Source: Octopus vulgaris (taxonomy: Eukaryota). Taken from it: 64,000 nucleotides of DNA. Positions within the stretch are counted from its first letter, which is position 1, and the number at the start of each line of letters is the position of its first letter. The stretch covers positions 63,674,001 through 63,738,000 of the forward strand of contig OX597817.1 in assembly GCA_951406725.2 (NCBI GenBank), read 5' to 3'. Below the pieces are notes generated by a model. The model was given only the letters and a program-made list of their open reading frames with translations, did no database searches and was not told where the DNA came from. The translations under genes were made by a program, and so were the position numbers. Shown in pieces: positions 26,948 through 40,755 of this stretch.

Positions 26948-27234
26948 AGTTTCTTTATTGGCCACACAGGGCTGCACACAGATGGGACAAGTTACAAGGT
27001 AGAGCTTTTCTTTTGGGAGATGAAGAAAACAAAAAACAAAAGAAAGAAAAAAAAGGGTGGCGTAGGTTTTCGATCAAGAGGGATCGTAAAAGGGAAGAAA
27101 AGAACAAAAAAATAAATAAATAAAATAAAAAATAAAAAATAAAAAGAATAAAAAGAAAAGGAAAAGGAACAAAAGAAAAGAGAAATGAAAAAAGAAGAAA
27201 AAAGGGGGAAAAAGGGGAAGAGGAAAAAAAGATC
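26948..27234 (-). mobile_element. 5'-truncated retroelement 3' UTR embedded in (GATA)n
   Basis: The minus strand has a pyrimidine-rich tract, then ccttgtaacttgtcccatctgtgtgcagccctgtgtggccAATAAAgaaact, then (TATC)n. GATA arrays lie on both sides. Confidence 0.55.
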
Positions 27235-27316
<82 letters not shown>

Positions 27317-28271
27317 GATATAGATATAGATATATAGACAAAGATATAGATATAGATATATAGATATAGATATGAGAGGTGTTGCGAGTTTATGTGAAGA
27401 GTGCATGCATTGTATTGAAACCATTCTAGTTTTATTATCTTTATCGCGAGTTTTTCATATTTTATATCTTCATATTTTGATATTTAGTTTATGGTTTGTG
27501 CAGAACAGTGAACTTCCTAGATCATTAACATTTCCTTTACGTTTCATTATTTTGATGAAGTGATGTTGGTTTGTGTCGCTGTCTGTTCTTACTATGCAGT
27601 TCTAATGTGATTGATGTAGGCATTATCATAGGTATTCGAGATTTTGACCATAAGATTTATACATCATCGGTCAAGTGTTTTAGTGTTTCTTTATGATTAT
27701 TTTATGATATTTATATATTTATTGCGCTGAAGTATATGTGTTATTCTATTATCATTCCATTCTTAATTTTCCATTATTGTGTAGAATTCTATATAGTATA
27801 GATGTGTTGTTTACTAATGTTTTCCTAATTAGTTTTTGTTTTATATGAATGATATAGTGCATTGAAATTACTCCTTGTTGTGAGAGCATGCAGCATCGGC
27901 GTGATAGTATCATACATATATGACCAGTATAAAGTTTATAAGATTCACGTTTGCAAATCGAAGTCGTAAATAACATTTGTCATTAATAACTTACTTGGGT
28001 TTACATGCCTGTGGTTTGTTATTGAGAAGTTTTTATATTTAGTATTCATAAAATATTATTAGTGTTTCCATTATAGTTTGTTACAATGTTTTGTGTTCTA
28101 TTTAAGGAAATTTTTGATATATTCATGTATTCTTTGATAGGTATGCATTTGATTTATGTCATTCGCATCGTGGGTGGTTTATATAGTAGCGTGTGATATA
28201 TTTATTCATATCTACATATACACATAGGATACGCACACAGACACATACACACATACATAGATACGCACACA

Positions 28272-28389
<118 letters not shown>

Positions 28390-28391
28390 TT

Positions 28392-28840
28392 CAGTGAGAG
28401 AGCCGTGCATGCCATCAAAGTGACATCAAGTGATACGAAGCGCAACATACTCATCGTGACTACCCGTCCGTTAAGGGTACACCAGGCACATGTACCACAG
28501 ACATAATGTGCGCGACATGGCGATCTCATATCAAGATAAGCAACGCATGACCCTTTCTGGTGGCGCCCAGTTAGAATTTTCTTCAGGTCGCGTAGCCCAT
28601 CCCGCTAAAAAGGTCCCTGAATAAGGGTTGCTTAAGGATGTTGAACGAAACACCCATGTTTCCAGAGGTAAATTCTCCAAACCCCCAAAGAATTCCTCTC
28701 AACACAAAGCTATGATGCTCCCCCACTACTTCTGCTTGTGATCAAAAATACACATATCGTCTGCCACTAAGGGACATGCTCAACTGATTAATGTCAAACA
28801 ACTATCGAGCAAATCTCTGGTATTGAGCAGAATATTTGCT
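28392..28840. mobile_element. Unclassified dispersed repeat associated with ATT tracts, copy 3
   Basis: Aligns by eye with 16650-17001 and 14683-14964. Confidence 0.8.
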
Positions 28841-28882
28841 GCTGTTGTTGTTGTAGTAGCAGTAGTAGTAGTAGTTGTTGTT

Positions 28883-29056
28883 GTTGTTATTATTATTATC
28901 ATTTTACTTCTCAGAGCTCTCGGTCTTACACTTGTTGATTCCGTGAAAACGGACGGCAGCTTATTGTTAAAGATCTCACAGAGTCTCTTTCCACAAATTA
29001 TAAACTTTGGTACTTGGATGTTAACTTATCGTGAAAGACACTCAACACTCAAGCAC

Positions 29057-29058
<2 letters not shown>
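28883..29058 (-). mobile_element. Dong/R4 3' UTR fragment
   Basis: cttctcagagc...tctcacag...ctttggtacttgg is shared with 38460-38630, and (ATT)n flanks it. Confidence 0.6.
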
Positions 29059-29108
<50 letters not shown>

Positions 29109-29734
29109 TAAAACAATTTGATTCGGTCCCATGCGGCCTAAAGTTTCGCTGGCCTGCTAGATGAATTTTTACATATATTTTCTAATGTTAGACTTAACCC
29201 ATCAACCAATTTAATGCCTCCATCATGGCTCTTGGTTGCCTTTAGTCGTGTCCACTTTGTAGTAAGCATCATAACTAGATTTCTGGTTTCATGATAACCC
29301 ATGAGTTACACTTGTCTTTTTTTTTTTGTTCTTTCAGCAACAAATATGGGTGTTTTGCGTGATTTAATTTTTATCAAATTTTTTTATGGTTTTATAAAAT
29401 GATGAAATATATACTAATTCTAAAATGAAAAATATCTATTACTTCCAAATAAAATTAAATGAAACAAATTTCTCATTTCGATTACGCCCACACCCCGTAA
29501 CTACTCTCCCATTTACCTCCTCCTCTTCCTCCTCTCTTTATGATGCTTTCTCTCTCACTGTGTGCGTATAGCGTTCCTTTACTCACTGTCTGCCACTATA
29601 CCTAGTATGTGCATTCATCATGCGCCTGTTATAATAAATGTCTCTGTATCTCTTTTTACTGTATCACCCCTCTCTCTATACGATGTAAATCAACCAACCA
29701 ACATATAGATATATATATCGGCTAGCATTATGTA

Positions 29735-30170
29735 GAGATTGCGGCAGAATAGTCAGAAAAAAATGCTTTGTCGTATTTGTTCCGAATTATAACGTTTAAT
29801 GTTCTGAGTTCAATTCCTGTCCAGGTCAAATTTTGTCTTTCATCATTTCGGGGCCAACAAAGTAAAGTACTTGTCAAGTGCTGGGGTAGATGATATCAAC
29901 TAACGCACCCCTTTGCAACTACTGGTCAGTGCTTAAATTAAAAGCCACTATTTTATTAAGACAGAATTGTTAGATCGCCAGAAATTTTTCTTCATACTAT
30001 TTTTTCCGGCTCTTTATGTTCACATTTTGAGTTTAAAATGTTTAATGTTGATATGTCAGTTTTGTCTTTAATCCCTTCAGGATCGGTAAAATAAAGTATC
30101 AATTAAGTACAGGGGTAGTTGGCATAACTAACCCCCTCCCCTAAAAATTGCTTCTCTTACGCCTAAAGCA
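29735..30170 (+). mobile_element. Two degraded Nin-like SINE copies
   Basis: gttctgagttcaa...tctttcatcatttcgggg...aagtgctggggtagat. Confidence 0.6.
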
Positions 30171-30404
30171 GATTTATTTAATTGGCGTCAGAAAAATGAA
30201 GGGAAATTTGGAAAACTAGTGGAATCATAAAAGGAAAGCGTGAACCACAAGCCAAATATTCGAATATAATTAGTTATTTTTTTACTGGAATAGCCTTGCC
30301 ATTACCCTCAGATAAGTCCCAAGATTGACACGTAGTCACATATCTTAGCTACGCCAGGCGATGATATAATCGATTATATCAACCTCAATATTTCATTGAT
30401 ATTT

Positions 30405-30785
30405 TTCTATCTTTTATTTGTTTCGGTCATTGCACTGCGGCTGGGGCATTGCCTTGAAGGGTTTAGTGAAACAAATCGACCCCAGTGCTTATTTACAAGT
30501 CTGATACTTACTGTATCGAGATATTTTGACGAACCGTTTGTGTCCCACCACAGTTTGACCGGTTGTCAAAAGGTGGCGGGACACAAACACAACACAAAGA
30601 CATACATACACACATACACAACACACACATTTATACACGACAGGCTTCTTTCAATTTCCATCTACCAAATCCACTCACAAGGCTTTGGTCGGCCCGAGAC
30701 TATAGCAGAAGACACCCAAGGTGCCACGCAGTGGAACTGAATCCAAGACAAAATGGGTGGGAAGCAATCTTCTTAACTACACATG
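30405..30785 (-). mobile_element. CORE-type SINE, diverged
   Basis: ctaccaaatccactcacaaggctttggtcggcccgag...ccaaggtgccacgcagtgg. Confidence 0.8.
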
Positions 30786-32904
30786 CAAGCTTCAACCTCT
30801 AAAAGGAAGGATCGGAGACAAAGTCAATATCAGCGACATAAGGTGGAATAACTAAATCTAAGACATTTTGTTCGACGCACCATCAATACCGCCATGCACC
30901 ACCCTTGTCTTCTTATTCATGCCACCATTTTGATATATATTCTTATACCATTTGTTTATGTCGTTGGTAGTGGTCTTGGTGATGGTGTTTACAATTACTG
31001 GATTTATCTTGAATAGTGAGGACATTAATATTTATTAGAAAAATCTGATTTATAACAATTTTTGCTTTTTGAAAAGAAAAAAATGTTTGTTGCCCAGAAT
31101 AAATTGATAAATTGATAAAATAAGCACAAACAAATATTTAAAAAAAAACAACTTATTGGCAACTGCTGAAAGTTAAACTATAAAATGTTTCAGTTTCATT
31201 TTTTGTTTCGTTTAATGCTTCCTCTATGTGTATATGTGTGTGTGTGTGATTGTATATGTGTGTGTGATTGAATGTGTGTGTGTGAGAGATTGTATGTGTA
31301 TGTGAATGTGTGTGCGCGGTGTATATATGTATGTTTATATAAATAATCGTCTATAAGTGTGTGCATGTGTGCATACATATGCCTCTGGGTATACCAGTAT
31401 GCGTTTGTGTGCGTGCGTGTGTGTGTCAGTGCGTGCGTGTGTGTGCTTTATGTGTGGTAGCTTTATGTAAGTAATCATTTATGTGTGTGTGTGTATATGT
31501 GCGCGCATGTATTGCTCTATATGTTTTTGTACATGTGTCTGTATAAATTTACAAACCGGAACACAGGTGGGCACAACTTTTCGACTGTTAATCTGTCACC
31601 TTAATGTTTCAGACAGGTGTTAATTTTAGCGCAGGCGATTCTTTAGATCAGTGCTTCTCAAAGGAGGAGCCCAGTTAGGACTGTGAAAATGGCGGGGCAC
31701 AAACGGAGATAATTTTTTCCTAGTTACTCCTTCCTAGAAGGATCGATCTCAAGGTCACCAGTTTTAAGGGACCACAAGACCCAAGTACACAAATACCTTG
31801 TCTGTTCACCTGTGTATCTATTTCTGCGCACGTACACCTGTGAGAATGCTAGAGTGTATGTATATATATATGTATGTATATTTGTTTGTATGTATATATG
31901 TATATATGAATGTATATATGCTTGCATGTATGTATGTATTATGTATGCATGTATGTATGTGTGCGTGCGTTTGTATGTATGCATGTATGTAGTAAGTGTG
32001 TTCATGTATGCAATCACTATTGTGTGTGCGTATGAATACCTGTGTATGTATTTGTGCGTATCTGTGTGTGATTATGCACGCATCTGCATACCTGATTATG
32101 TATGCCTGTATGTATGTATATGTTCGTATTCCTGTGCATGTAATCCTCTGAGTGTGTTTGAGCATATGTGTATACCCGAGTGCGTATGTATGCGCATGTC
32201 TGTTTTTTGTGTATGTGCGTATTTCTCAATGTGTGTTCGTGCTATATTCCTCTATATGTGTTTGTACATGCTCTCCATTGTGTGTTTGTGTACACCTGAG
32301 TGCATATGTCTGTATGCATATGCTTGAGTGTATTCTAGTGTGTGTGTACGTATATAACTGTCTATGAGTGTATATGTATGTATACGTATGTATATGTATT
32401 CTATATTTCTGTTTGTGCATATATTCTTCTGTGATTGTGCACGTATGGATATACCTGTATGTATATCTGTATCCATATATCTGTGAGTATATCTGTGTGT
32501 TTGTGTATGTATTCCTCTATGTGTATGTGTGGGGAAGTGGAGGCTTATGTCTTATTGGAAGCATTGAAACAACTCGTTTGTTATTTACGACAGTTCAATA
32601 AACTGAAGGAAAACAAAAAAAAAAGACAACACCACGAAACTTTCTATAGCCACATAAATTGAAAGTGAGAGAAAATACATAGGCACGCATGGAGATGATA
32701 ATGATTTCGTTCTTAACATGTCGGGAGAAGTTTTATTCGTTTTACTGCTAGTCTGCTAAATTTATGAAACATATGTGAGATTCGATAAGAGGCATAGCAA
32801 ACATTAAATAAATAATTTTAAAATAAATGAATAAATGTATCCAGGTGACACAAATAAAGTCAAAAATAAAAATTGCTATAATTTCTGATATTATTACGGG
32901 TCTT

Positions 32905-33402
32905 CTAACGCGGCGAGCTGGCAGAAACGTTAGCACGCCGGGCGAAATGCTTTGTGGTATTTCGTCCGCCGCTGCGTTTTGAGTTCAAATTCCGCCGAGG
33001 TCGACTTTGCCTTTCATCCTTTCGGGGTCGAAAAATTAAGTACCAGTTACGCACTGGGGTCGATATAATCGACTTAATCCGTTTGTCTGTCCTTGTTTGT
33101 CTTCTCTGTGTTTAACCCCCTGTGGGTAGTAAAGAAATAGGTATTTCGTCTGCCGTTATGTTCTGAGAGTTCAAATGCCACAGAGCTCGACTTTGCCTTT
33201 CATCCTTTCGGGGTTCGATGAAATAAGTACCAGTTAAGCACTGGAGCCCATATACTCGACTTACTCGAAATTACTGTCCTTGTGCTAACATTTGAAATCA
33301 GTATTATTACGGTTTCTTAAGCGGTGACCTGGCAGAATCGGTAGCACTTTGGGCAAAATGCTTAGCGGCATTTCTTCCGGCTTTACATTTTGAGTTCAAA
33401 TG
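32905..33402 (+). mobile_element. Nin-like SINE with tandem body units
   Basis: gcggcgagctggcagaaacgttagcacgccgggcgaaatgc...gtcgactttgcctttcatcctttcggggtcg. The second unit starts at about 33140 and a third head at about 33320. Confidence 0.85.
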
Positions 33403-33411
33403 CCTTCAAAT

Positions 33412-33735
33412 TCGATTTTGTTATATACATTTGTATGTCCTGGTGTTTTGGTTATGTATTTGTCTGAATGTTTTTTTTTTATTATACCTAATGCACCTAC
33501 AATAATAGGAATTGTTTCTGTTTTTAGGCTCTACATTCGAATTACCTCTATTTCCAAATATTTGTACTTTGAGAGTTTCTGTTTCTTTTAGAGATACACT
33601 GTCATCTGTTGGTATTCATATATCGACTTGAAGGCATTTTTTCTTAGCGACCTCTGACGACTATATCTGGTCTATTAGCCTAGATTTCTCTATCTGTGTG
33701 TATTGCTATATCCCAGAGTATGATTGCTTTCTCGT
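33412..33735 (-). mobile_element. Degenerate Dong/R4 endonuclease fragment
   Basis: The minus strand reads HTDREI*ANRPDIVV...TETIPIIVGALGIIKK. Confidence 0.7.
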
Positions 33736-33989
33736 TACCGGCGAATAACGCTCTGGCAGTGTACCAACGTACAACTAACCAGAACAACATGCCAAGAAGA
33801 TCTCAGTATATCTAGTGGGATGTTTTTCTACACCAAGTACCTGAAATGACACAGCCTGCACTGATTGATGCAACGCATCCAGATGCACAACATCCTATGG
33901 GACAGATGCAGGATGTCCCGAAATGAACTTCGTGCTGAACAAAGATTCGTACTCAATCCGTCTTCCGCTAAACTTGTGTAAATATGAGA

Positions 33990-34412
33990 GAGAAAAAAAT
34001 ATATATATGGAAGACTGTACTGGAAGTTTTATAGCATTGTACTCGAAGTTTTATTAAGCACAACGATCGTTTCGGCTAACTTCTGCTGAACTCCCTAGTG
34101 AGTAGTGAACGATATGATGGAATCGAATGTACTCCATAGTGCAGAAAAAAACCTCCTCAGGTTAGGTAATAGGTTCCGTGTTATGAGATGTACATGATAG
34201 ATCGATAGCCACTACACACATTTTTCTCTCCTATTTTTCTCTCCTTTTTTCTCTCCTTGTTTCTCTCCTTGTTTCTTTCTGTGTTCTTTTCTGTGGAAGA
34301 GCGTAGGCTCGAAACGTTAAATACTTTTTCAATTCCCGAGCGTTATACTAATACATCTGTTTGTTTTCTACACCACCTGTCTTCGTCTTTTGTTTTTTTC
34401 GTGAATTCTCCC
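33990..34412. mobile_element. Two adjacent Penelope-like pLTR fragments in opposite orientation, each with a hammerhead-like motif
   Basis: Minus 34058-34165: CTGAGGA...GAAAcgatcgTT followed by AATAAA. Plus 34287-34322: CTGTGGA a gagc gtag gctc GAAACGTT. Confidence 0.5.
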
Positions 34413-35388
34413 TATATATATATATATACACTCTGCGTAGTATATATATATAGTGACTGACGCCCTAGGGAAAAACGTTCCGGCACTTTATTTCTGTCAC
34501 CTGTCAACACTAATAAGATATATAAAGACATGACACAATCACAACAATATACAGAATATACAGAAACAATTGTTTATGCAAACGTAATACAAGAAAAACT
34601 AAACTCCTACGTGAAAACATTTAACTCCTGCGTAAGTTATAATAATGAGATCTGTTTAAATCTACATGTTCACATAAAAGTTGCAAATCTGTTAATTGAA
34701 TTTATGATAGATGAATGTTGACTCATAAGACATTTTTCTATATATTTATAAGAGAAAAGCACATTACCCAGATTGAGACATAGTTAACAATACACTGTCT
34801 CTCGTAGCCTACAGCTGAATATTTTGTAATTTGCAAAAAAGTAAATTAATTAAAAGTTAAGTGAATTAAAAGATCAAAGATTTCTGAATTAACACTTATA
34901 GGTGTTGCTTTAGAAATCTTTCCTCATTTAATTATGAATCTTCCACCGTCTGCAGATAACTTCAAGCGAACCGATAGACTGCTTCGTCGTGTTGTGACTT
35001 GTGACACCTGAAACATAACGTCTTTAGATGACGTGCTACCCACACTGACGCTCCTAAATATATAGAGAAATACGAATACTTATACTATATACATACAAAT
35101 ACATATATATGCATATATCTTTTACAAGTGTAAAATACATTAACGATATCCAGAGGGAAATTTTTTACTCAGTATTTTTTCCCTGTCAGCAAATTATATT
35201 TAAATATAAAAAAAAAACACTTTAGGCTTGTGAGCCAGACTTGGTGTCTTTCTTCTTCCTGTATGTGCTAAAGAAAATCTTTTATGGAACACACCTTTAT
35301 ACACACACAGATTATACGTATTACATACATACATATACACACGTATATATGTATATATATATATGTGTGTGTATACATATATATTATC

Positions 35389-35420
<32 letters not shown>

Positions 35421-35508
35421 CACGCAAGCACACACATATTTATATATAATACATATAATATGTATATACAAATATATATATAATGTATATAATACATGTA
35501 CACACACA

Positions 35509-35574
<66 letters not shown>

Positions 35575-36818
35575 AAGGTAAAGGTAAGGTAATGGAATAT
35601 TTATGCACCTACTGCATATATGTGATTTTAACATATGCCTATATATATATATATCATATATATCATATATATATATCATAGGTGCTTATATATACATACA
35701 TACATATAAACTGCTCTTTATTTCTCTCCCTAGCTATCTACCTACCTATCTACCTCCCTCCCTCACTACCTACCCACCTATCTGCATACATACGTACATG
35801 CATACATACATACATACATACATACATACATACACACATAGCTTTCCATCTCTTTTTGTGTTTGTGTATTTACGTATCCACCAATCAATTCATCTACCTG
35901 TATACATCTATATTTTCATCTTATCAATTAACGTATTTATTTACTTTAATCTGTATGAAATGCTGTGTGTAGCAAATTTGTTAGTTTTCAGTAAAAATAA
36001 TTATATTAAGTTCTATTACTAAATTACTAAATCATTTATAAGTCAATTTTCAGTATGATATCTCCTGAACAATATGCATATAGTTGTGTGTGTGTATGTG
36101 TGTGTGTGTGTGTCTGTGTGTGTGCTTGTGTGTGTAATTCGCTCATAGGTAAATTACTCCATAATTCATTGCCCTATGCACACGTATTTACGCATGCGCA
36201 AACACGCCAAATACACACACACACACACACATACACACGCATCTAATTGTGCGTGCACATATGAATGCGTACGTACGCATGTATGCATATATGAATGTAT
36301 GTGTATATGCATATGTAAGTATATGCTTGTATGTGTGTGCATATGCATGAGTCTTTGTAAATGTAACGCACTTACGGTAACTAATGACGTAAACCGTTAC
36401 GTTGCTAACCTTCTTCTGAGGTCACTTGTTATTAGGATAAATATGAACGTTTAATATTTTGTGATACATCAGATGTTCTTCGTTTTTGTCACCAATATCT
36501 TAATTTCAACGACGGCATCTAATATATTCGATACATATATCAGATATGTGTGTGCGTGTGTTTAGGCGAGCTGGCAGAATCATTAGCACACCGGAAAAAA
36601 TGCTTAGCGGCAATTTGCTCGGATCTAGGGATGCGTATTAGTGTTCTGTTATAGCTTGTATATATTATATGAGGTGCCCAATGCACCTACATGCCAACCA
36701 ATTACTTGGGTTATCCCAGAAACAGCTGTAAGACTTCAAATCCACCTTACCCTAGTTAAATTATTCTAAATGACTTGAGATACTCGTTCTGCTTTGGTTT
36801 TGATTTTTCCTATAATGT

Positions 36819-36929
<111 letters not shown>

Positions 36930-36994
36930 ATATAATGTACTGTTCCATGATTGTAAGATCAACAAAAAAGTTGTCCCTCTGGTGAGAGGTAAAT

Positions 36995-37682
36995 ATTATT
37001 TGATAAACACATTATATGTTTTTATGTGTTACTATTAGCTTCAGGTGCTGAGAGCATGCCAGACAATATATTTTTTAACACGTCAGGGGTCCTAATGCAA
37101 TTACTTTATTGTATGTAGTGTGGCGGTCTATTACTACACCATTTAGGATAAAGTGGAAATTAGTCGAAAAATCCACACCATATGTTAACGGATAAAAAAT
37201 GTAAGCTATGCGTAAGTGAAAGAACTCAGATCCTTTTCAGTTCTAAGATCACAAGCACACTGTTGAATTCTTGATCCGAAATTTTTAGCAGTTGTAAGCA
37301 TATGGCTAAGTTCCTGTTGACGAATTGGAAAGTGCCACCCTCTCCGGATTGAACAACTGCACCATAGACTTTAAGTCACTATCTTTCCAGCCTAATATTT
37401 TACGATCTGAGGGGAAACAACTCTAATTCCTCTATTTTGCCTCTTTCTGTTTTCTCTTTCGTTTTCTAGTTTTTCAACATTCCACCTTTATATTTACTTG
37501 TTTCTCGCCATTTTTCGTTTTTTCTCTCATCCTATCGGCTCCTTTTTAGTTCGTTATGCCATATGGGCAGTGCCTGATGATTGTGCTAGAACACCAGACG
37601 TGTTAAAAGATACTGTCTGATATGCTCTCAACACATGAGACTAATATTAATACATAAAAACATGTACTGTGTTTATGAAATA

Positions 37683-37685
<3 letters not shown>
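36995..37685. mobile_element. Element with diverged inverted repeats of about 90 bp
   Basis: 36995-37085 is the approximate reverse complement of 37595-37685 (gacgtgttaaaa...atgctctca.cac.tga..ctaata.taa.acataaaaacat). Confidence 0.6.
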
Positions 37686-37721
<36 letters not shown>

Positions 37722-37725
<4 letters not shown>

Positions 37726-38360
37726 GTGCGTAAGATATTTGTGGACAGGTTTATGTTTATAAAAAACAGATATATAATAACTGATGATAAGTATTTATCA
37801 AAAAATGCTATGAGGATAAACATAAATCTTCTTTTCTATAATATTATTCAATAAAGCCACCTTTAGCTTCAACACTGGTTCTATCTGAGATCTAAATAAC
37901 CCACATGCTTAAATCAAGTAGTCCTGGTTAATTTTGGACATTACTCTGACTATGGCAGCTTTCAAAGAACCTTTGGTGTTATGGGCGTGTTCATTGACCT
38001 CTCTCTCTCGACAACACTCCACATGTAATAGTCCAATGGATTGAGATCTGGGGAATTAAGAGGCCAAATGTTAGGGGGTATGTGATCATGGAAATTTTCA
38101 GCCATCCACTCCTGTGTTACTAGAGCCATCTGTGATAGTGCAGAGTCTTACTGAAACACATATGACCTTCCATTGCATACACTGTCTATCCAGGCTTAAC
38201 AGTTATTGCCAGGATCTCAATGTAGGTGACAGAGTTAATTCTAAGGTCTTGTGGAAAGAAGTAAGGAAGCATCACATGTCCTTCATTGTTGACAACCCCT
38301 AAAACCATGACATTTGCAGGAAATTCTGTATGCATAACACTTGGAACTTCAGAAGGGTCT
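37722..38360 (-). mobile_element. Tc1/mariner transposase remnant
   Basis: The minus strand reads TPNIWPLNSPDLNPLDYYMWSVVERE...HNTKGSLKAAIVRV, and the end reads TA|CAG. Confidence 0.8.
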
Positions 38361-38459
38361 GTCATTTCTTCTGTTAAGTTTTTGATCTTGCTCGAAGTTT
38401 TTCTCTATTGGTATTGATACATCGATTAGAAAGTATTTTTTTTATTTATTGTTGTTTTT

Positions 38460-38882
38460 GGTATTTTCCTTCTCAGAGCGCTCGATCTTCTTTGCTCTGA
38501 TAGATTCTGTGAGATCAGACAGCATCCTGCTGTCAGAAGTCTCACAGGGTCTCTCACGGCACATTTTAAGCTTTGGTACTTGGTTGTTCATTACCGTGGG
38601 AGACATTCAACATCCAAGTACCATTCTCAAAATCCTTGCTGTTTCCAGCAGCGCACTCTTTTGGAATTGCTCTACTCTCATGTCAAATCCGATTTCTCTG
38701 ACATATTTCTTGAACTTGGTTGTTAGTGATCCGAGTGCCCCCTACAACTACTAGAATGACATACACTCTCCTCATAGTTCACATTCTTGTAATTTTGTCT
38801 TTTAGTAGTCTGTACTTTTCAATATTTTCTAGTTCTTTGTCAGTTATTCGTGCATCCCCAGGTATTGCAATATCTATAAACT
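38460..38882 (-). mobile_element. Dong/R4 endonuclease and 3' UTR fragment
   Basis: IDIAIPGDARITDKELENIEKY...VVGALGS...QKSALLETARILRMVL, abutting (ATT)n. Confidence 0.8.
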
Positions 38883-39355
38883 TATTATTATTGTTGTTGT
38901 TGTAGTAGTTATTATTATTATTATTATTATTATTATTCGTCTAAGTGCCTACTTATCCCTGTCATCTCATCTGTCAATTCAGTGAACCATTAAAACTTAA
39001 ATGAGCAATAAACTTCGTATTGTATGTTATAATATTCTGTTATGATATCTTTTTTAATATATATATTTACACATGCATATATTTGCCATTTCATCATTTA
39101 GTTAATATCAGTTTCATTTATTGCTATAAGTCAAATTTAACTACATCCCATATATATGTGTGCGTATGTTTCTCTGTCTGTGCATATATATTTATGTATG
39201 TATGCACATAAGTATATATGTATGTACACCTGTGTGTGTGTGTATAAAGAGAAAGGGAGAGAGTGATTACTAATTCATTTTTTTTAGTAATTTCATTCCA
39301 GTCACGTACCTATATCGGTATCTCGTTATCGAGTCGCTAATGTACTGCACATAAA

Positions 39356-39399
<44 letters not shown>

Positions 39400-39589
39400 A
39401 CTAGTTAACCAGTATAAACATAGTTGCAGACACGAACATACACATATATACATAAATATATATACATATACATGAGTTCTTATGTATTATTATCATTATC
39501 ATCGTCATTGCTTTAACATTTACTTTCCCATAGTTGCGTAGGTCAGACGGAATTCGTTGAGGCAGACTTACTACAGCTGGCAGCTCTTC

Positions 39590-39620
39590 ATGTCGCCAAC
39601 CTTCATCTCTTCCCAAGCAG
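39590..39620 (+). CDS. Possible first coding segment (MSPTFISSQA-G) of the neuropeptide precursor, in exon 39534-39620 with a non-canonical GC donor
   Basis: Acceptor tttactttcccatag, ATG at 39590 and CAG|GCAAAT in phase 1, which matches the phase of the 39992 acceptor. Confidence 0.3.
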
Positions 39621-39991
39621 GCAAATAATCATTTTGTCTATCGATTTCCTTTGGAATGATTTTAGAAATAAGCAACAAAATTTTAAAATGTACTCAATAC
39701 ACAAATAGAATATTACTTTCTAAGGTCGACATGTTATAGACTTTATGCAATGAACGCCTTAAGATTATGTAAAAACAAGAACATAAAAGCATACAATGAT
39801 TAAAACAAGATTCAACGCATAAATAACTTCCTTATATATACTGACTTCTAACCAACCTAAGTCGATTTTTGATTTTTAAACATTCGGGTCTCCATAAAAT
39901 AGGCACTCCTCGAAACATTTGGCCGTGTGTCAATATTCATAATTTATGTTTAATGCATTTTCTATTATTTTATTTTGTTCTGTTTTTTCAG

Positions 39992-40228
39992 GTCGTTTCC
40001 AATATTACATGATTTTAGCATTTTTGCTGCTCTTGCTGAGCCAGCTTAACTATGCCCTCTATTACGCAAATGCCAAACCAAAGGGAAACTTTCCGAGACT
40101 GGGGAAACGAAATGAACGATTGTTCAAGGAACATTATAACGCCATTCTTTCCAGTGCGACGTTCAATGATAAATTGTTACACCCGAAAGATATCTTCAGT
40201 AAGAAACAACAAGTATACAGCATTGTGG
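39992..40228 (+). CDS. Neuropeptide precursor main exon: signal peptide plus KPKGNFPRLamide (PRXamide-type)
   Basis: Acceptor tgttttttcag, ATG at 40009, MILAFLLLLLSQLNYALYYANA (hydrophobic core and A-x-A site), KPKGNFPRL-G-KR, and donor G|GTAAGT in phase 1. Confidence 0.8.
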
Positions 40229-40293
40229 GTAAGTATGACGAATTTCATATATTTCTGCGATTGTATGGTTTGCATGTGTAAGTATGTATGTAC

Positions 40294-40327
<34 letters not shown>

Positions 40328-40500
40328 TTGGCTTCGTGTTCCCCAGAATGAGTAACTATGTCCAGGTCGATGGTTAAATCTTGTCTGCTTAAAATTTTAC
40401 TTTATGATAATCGATGATGTAATCTTTTATGACTGCATTAAATTAATTAAATTCTGTCGAAACAGTTGTAAATTTTAAACGCCATTTGTTTTTATGCTTT

Positions 40501-40560
<60 letters not shown>

Positions 40561-40562
<2 letters not shown>

Positions 40563-40682
40563 ACCTGCTTGCTTAGCCAGCGTGGTGGCGTCATTTGAGG
40601 GCTAAAACAATGCAAAGCGCATTGTGACCAGCGATGTGTAGCAATATCTGATAGCCTGGTCGGTCACGAGGATCACGGTGAT
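40561..40682 (+). mobile_element. Short SINE-like 3' fragment between (TA)n arrays
   Basis: GC-richer block with sharp microsatellite borders (tagccagcgtggtggcgtcatttg...ggtcggtcacg). The family was recognised from memory only. Confidence 0.4.
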
Positions 40683-40690
40683 ATACATAC

Positions 40691-40755
<65 letters not shown>

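Noticed and set aside
34920-35266. Candidate promoter or first exon of the neuropeptide gene (TGACG half-sites, TATAAAA at 35205), or alternatively a minus-strand terminal exon
   Set aside because: The motifs are short and common in AT-rich DNA, the donor is weak, and the options cannot be resolved without transcript data.
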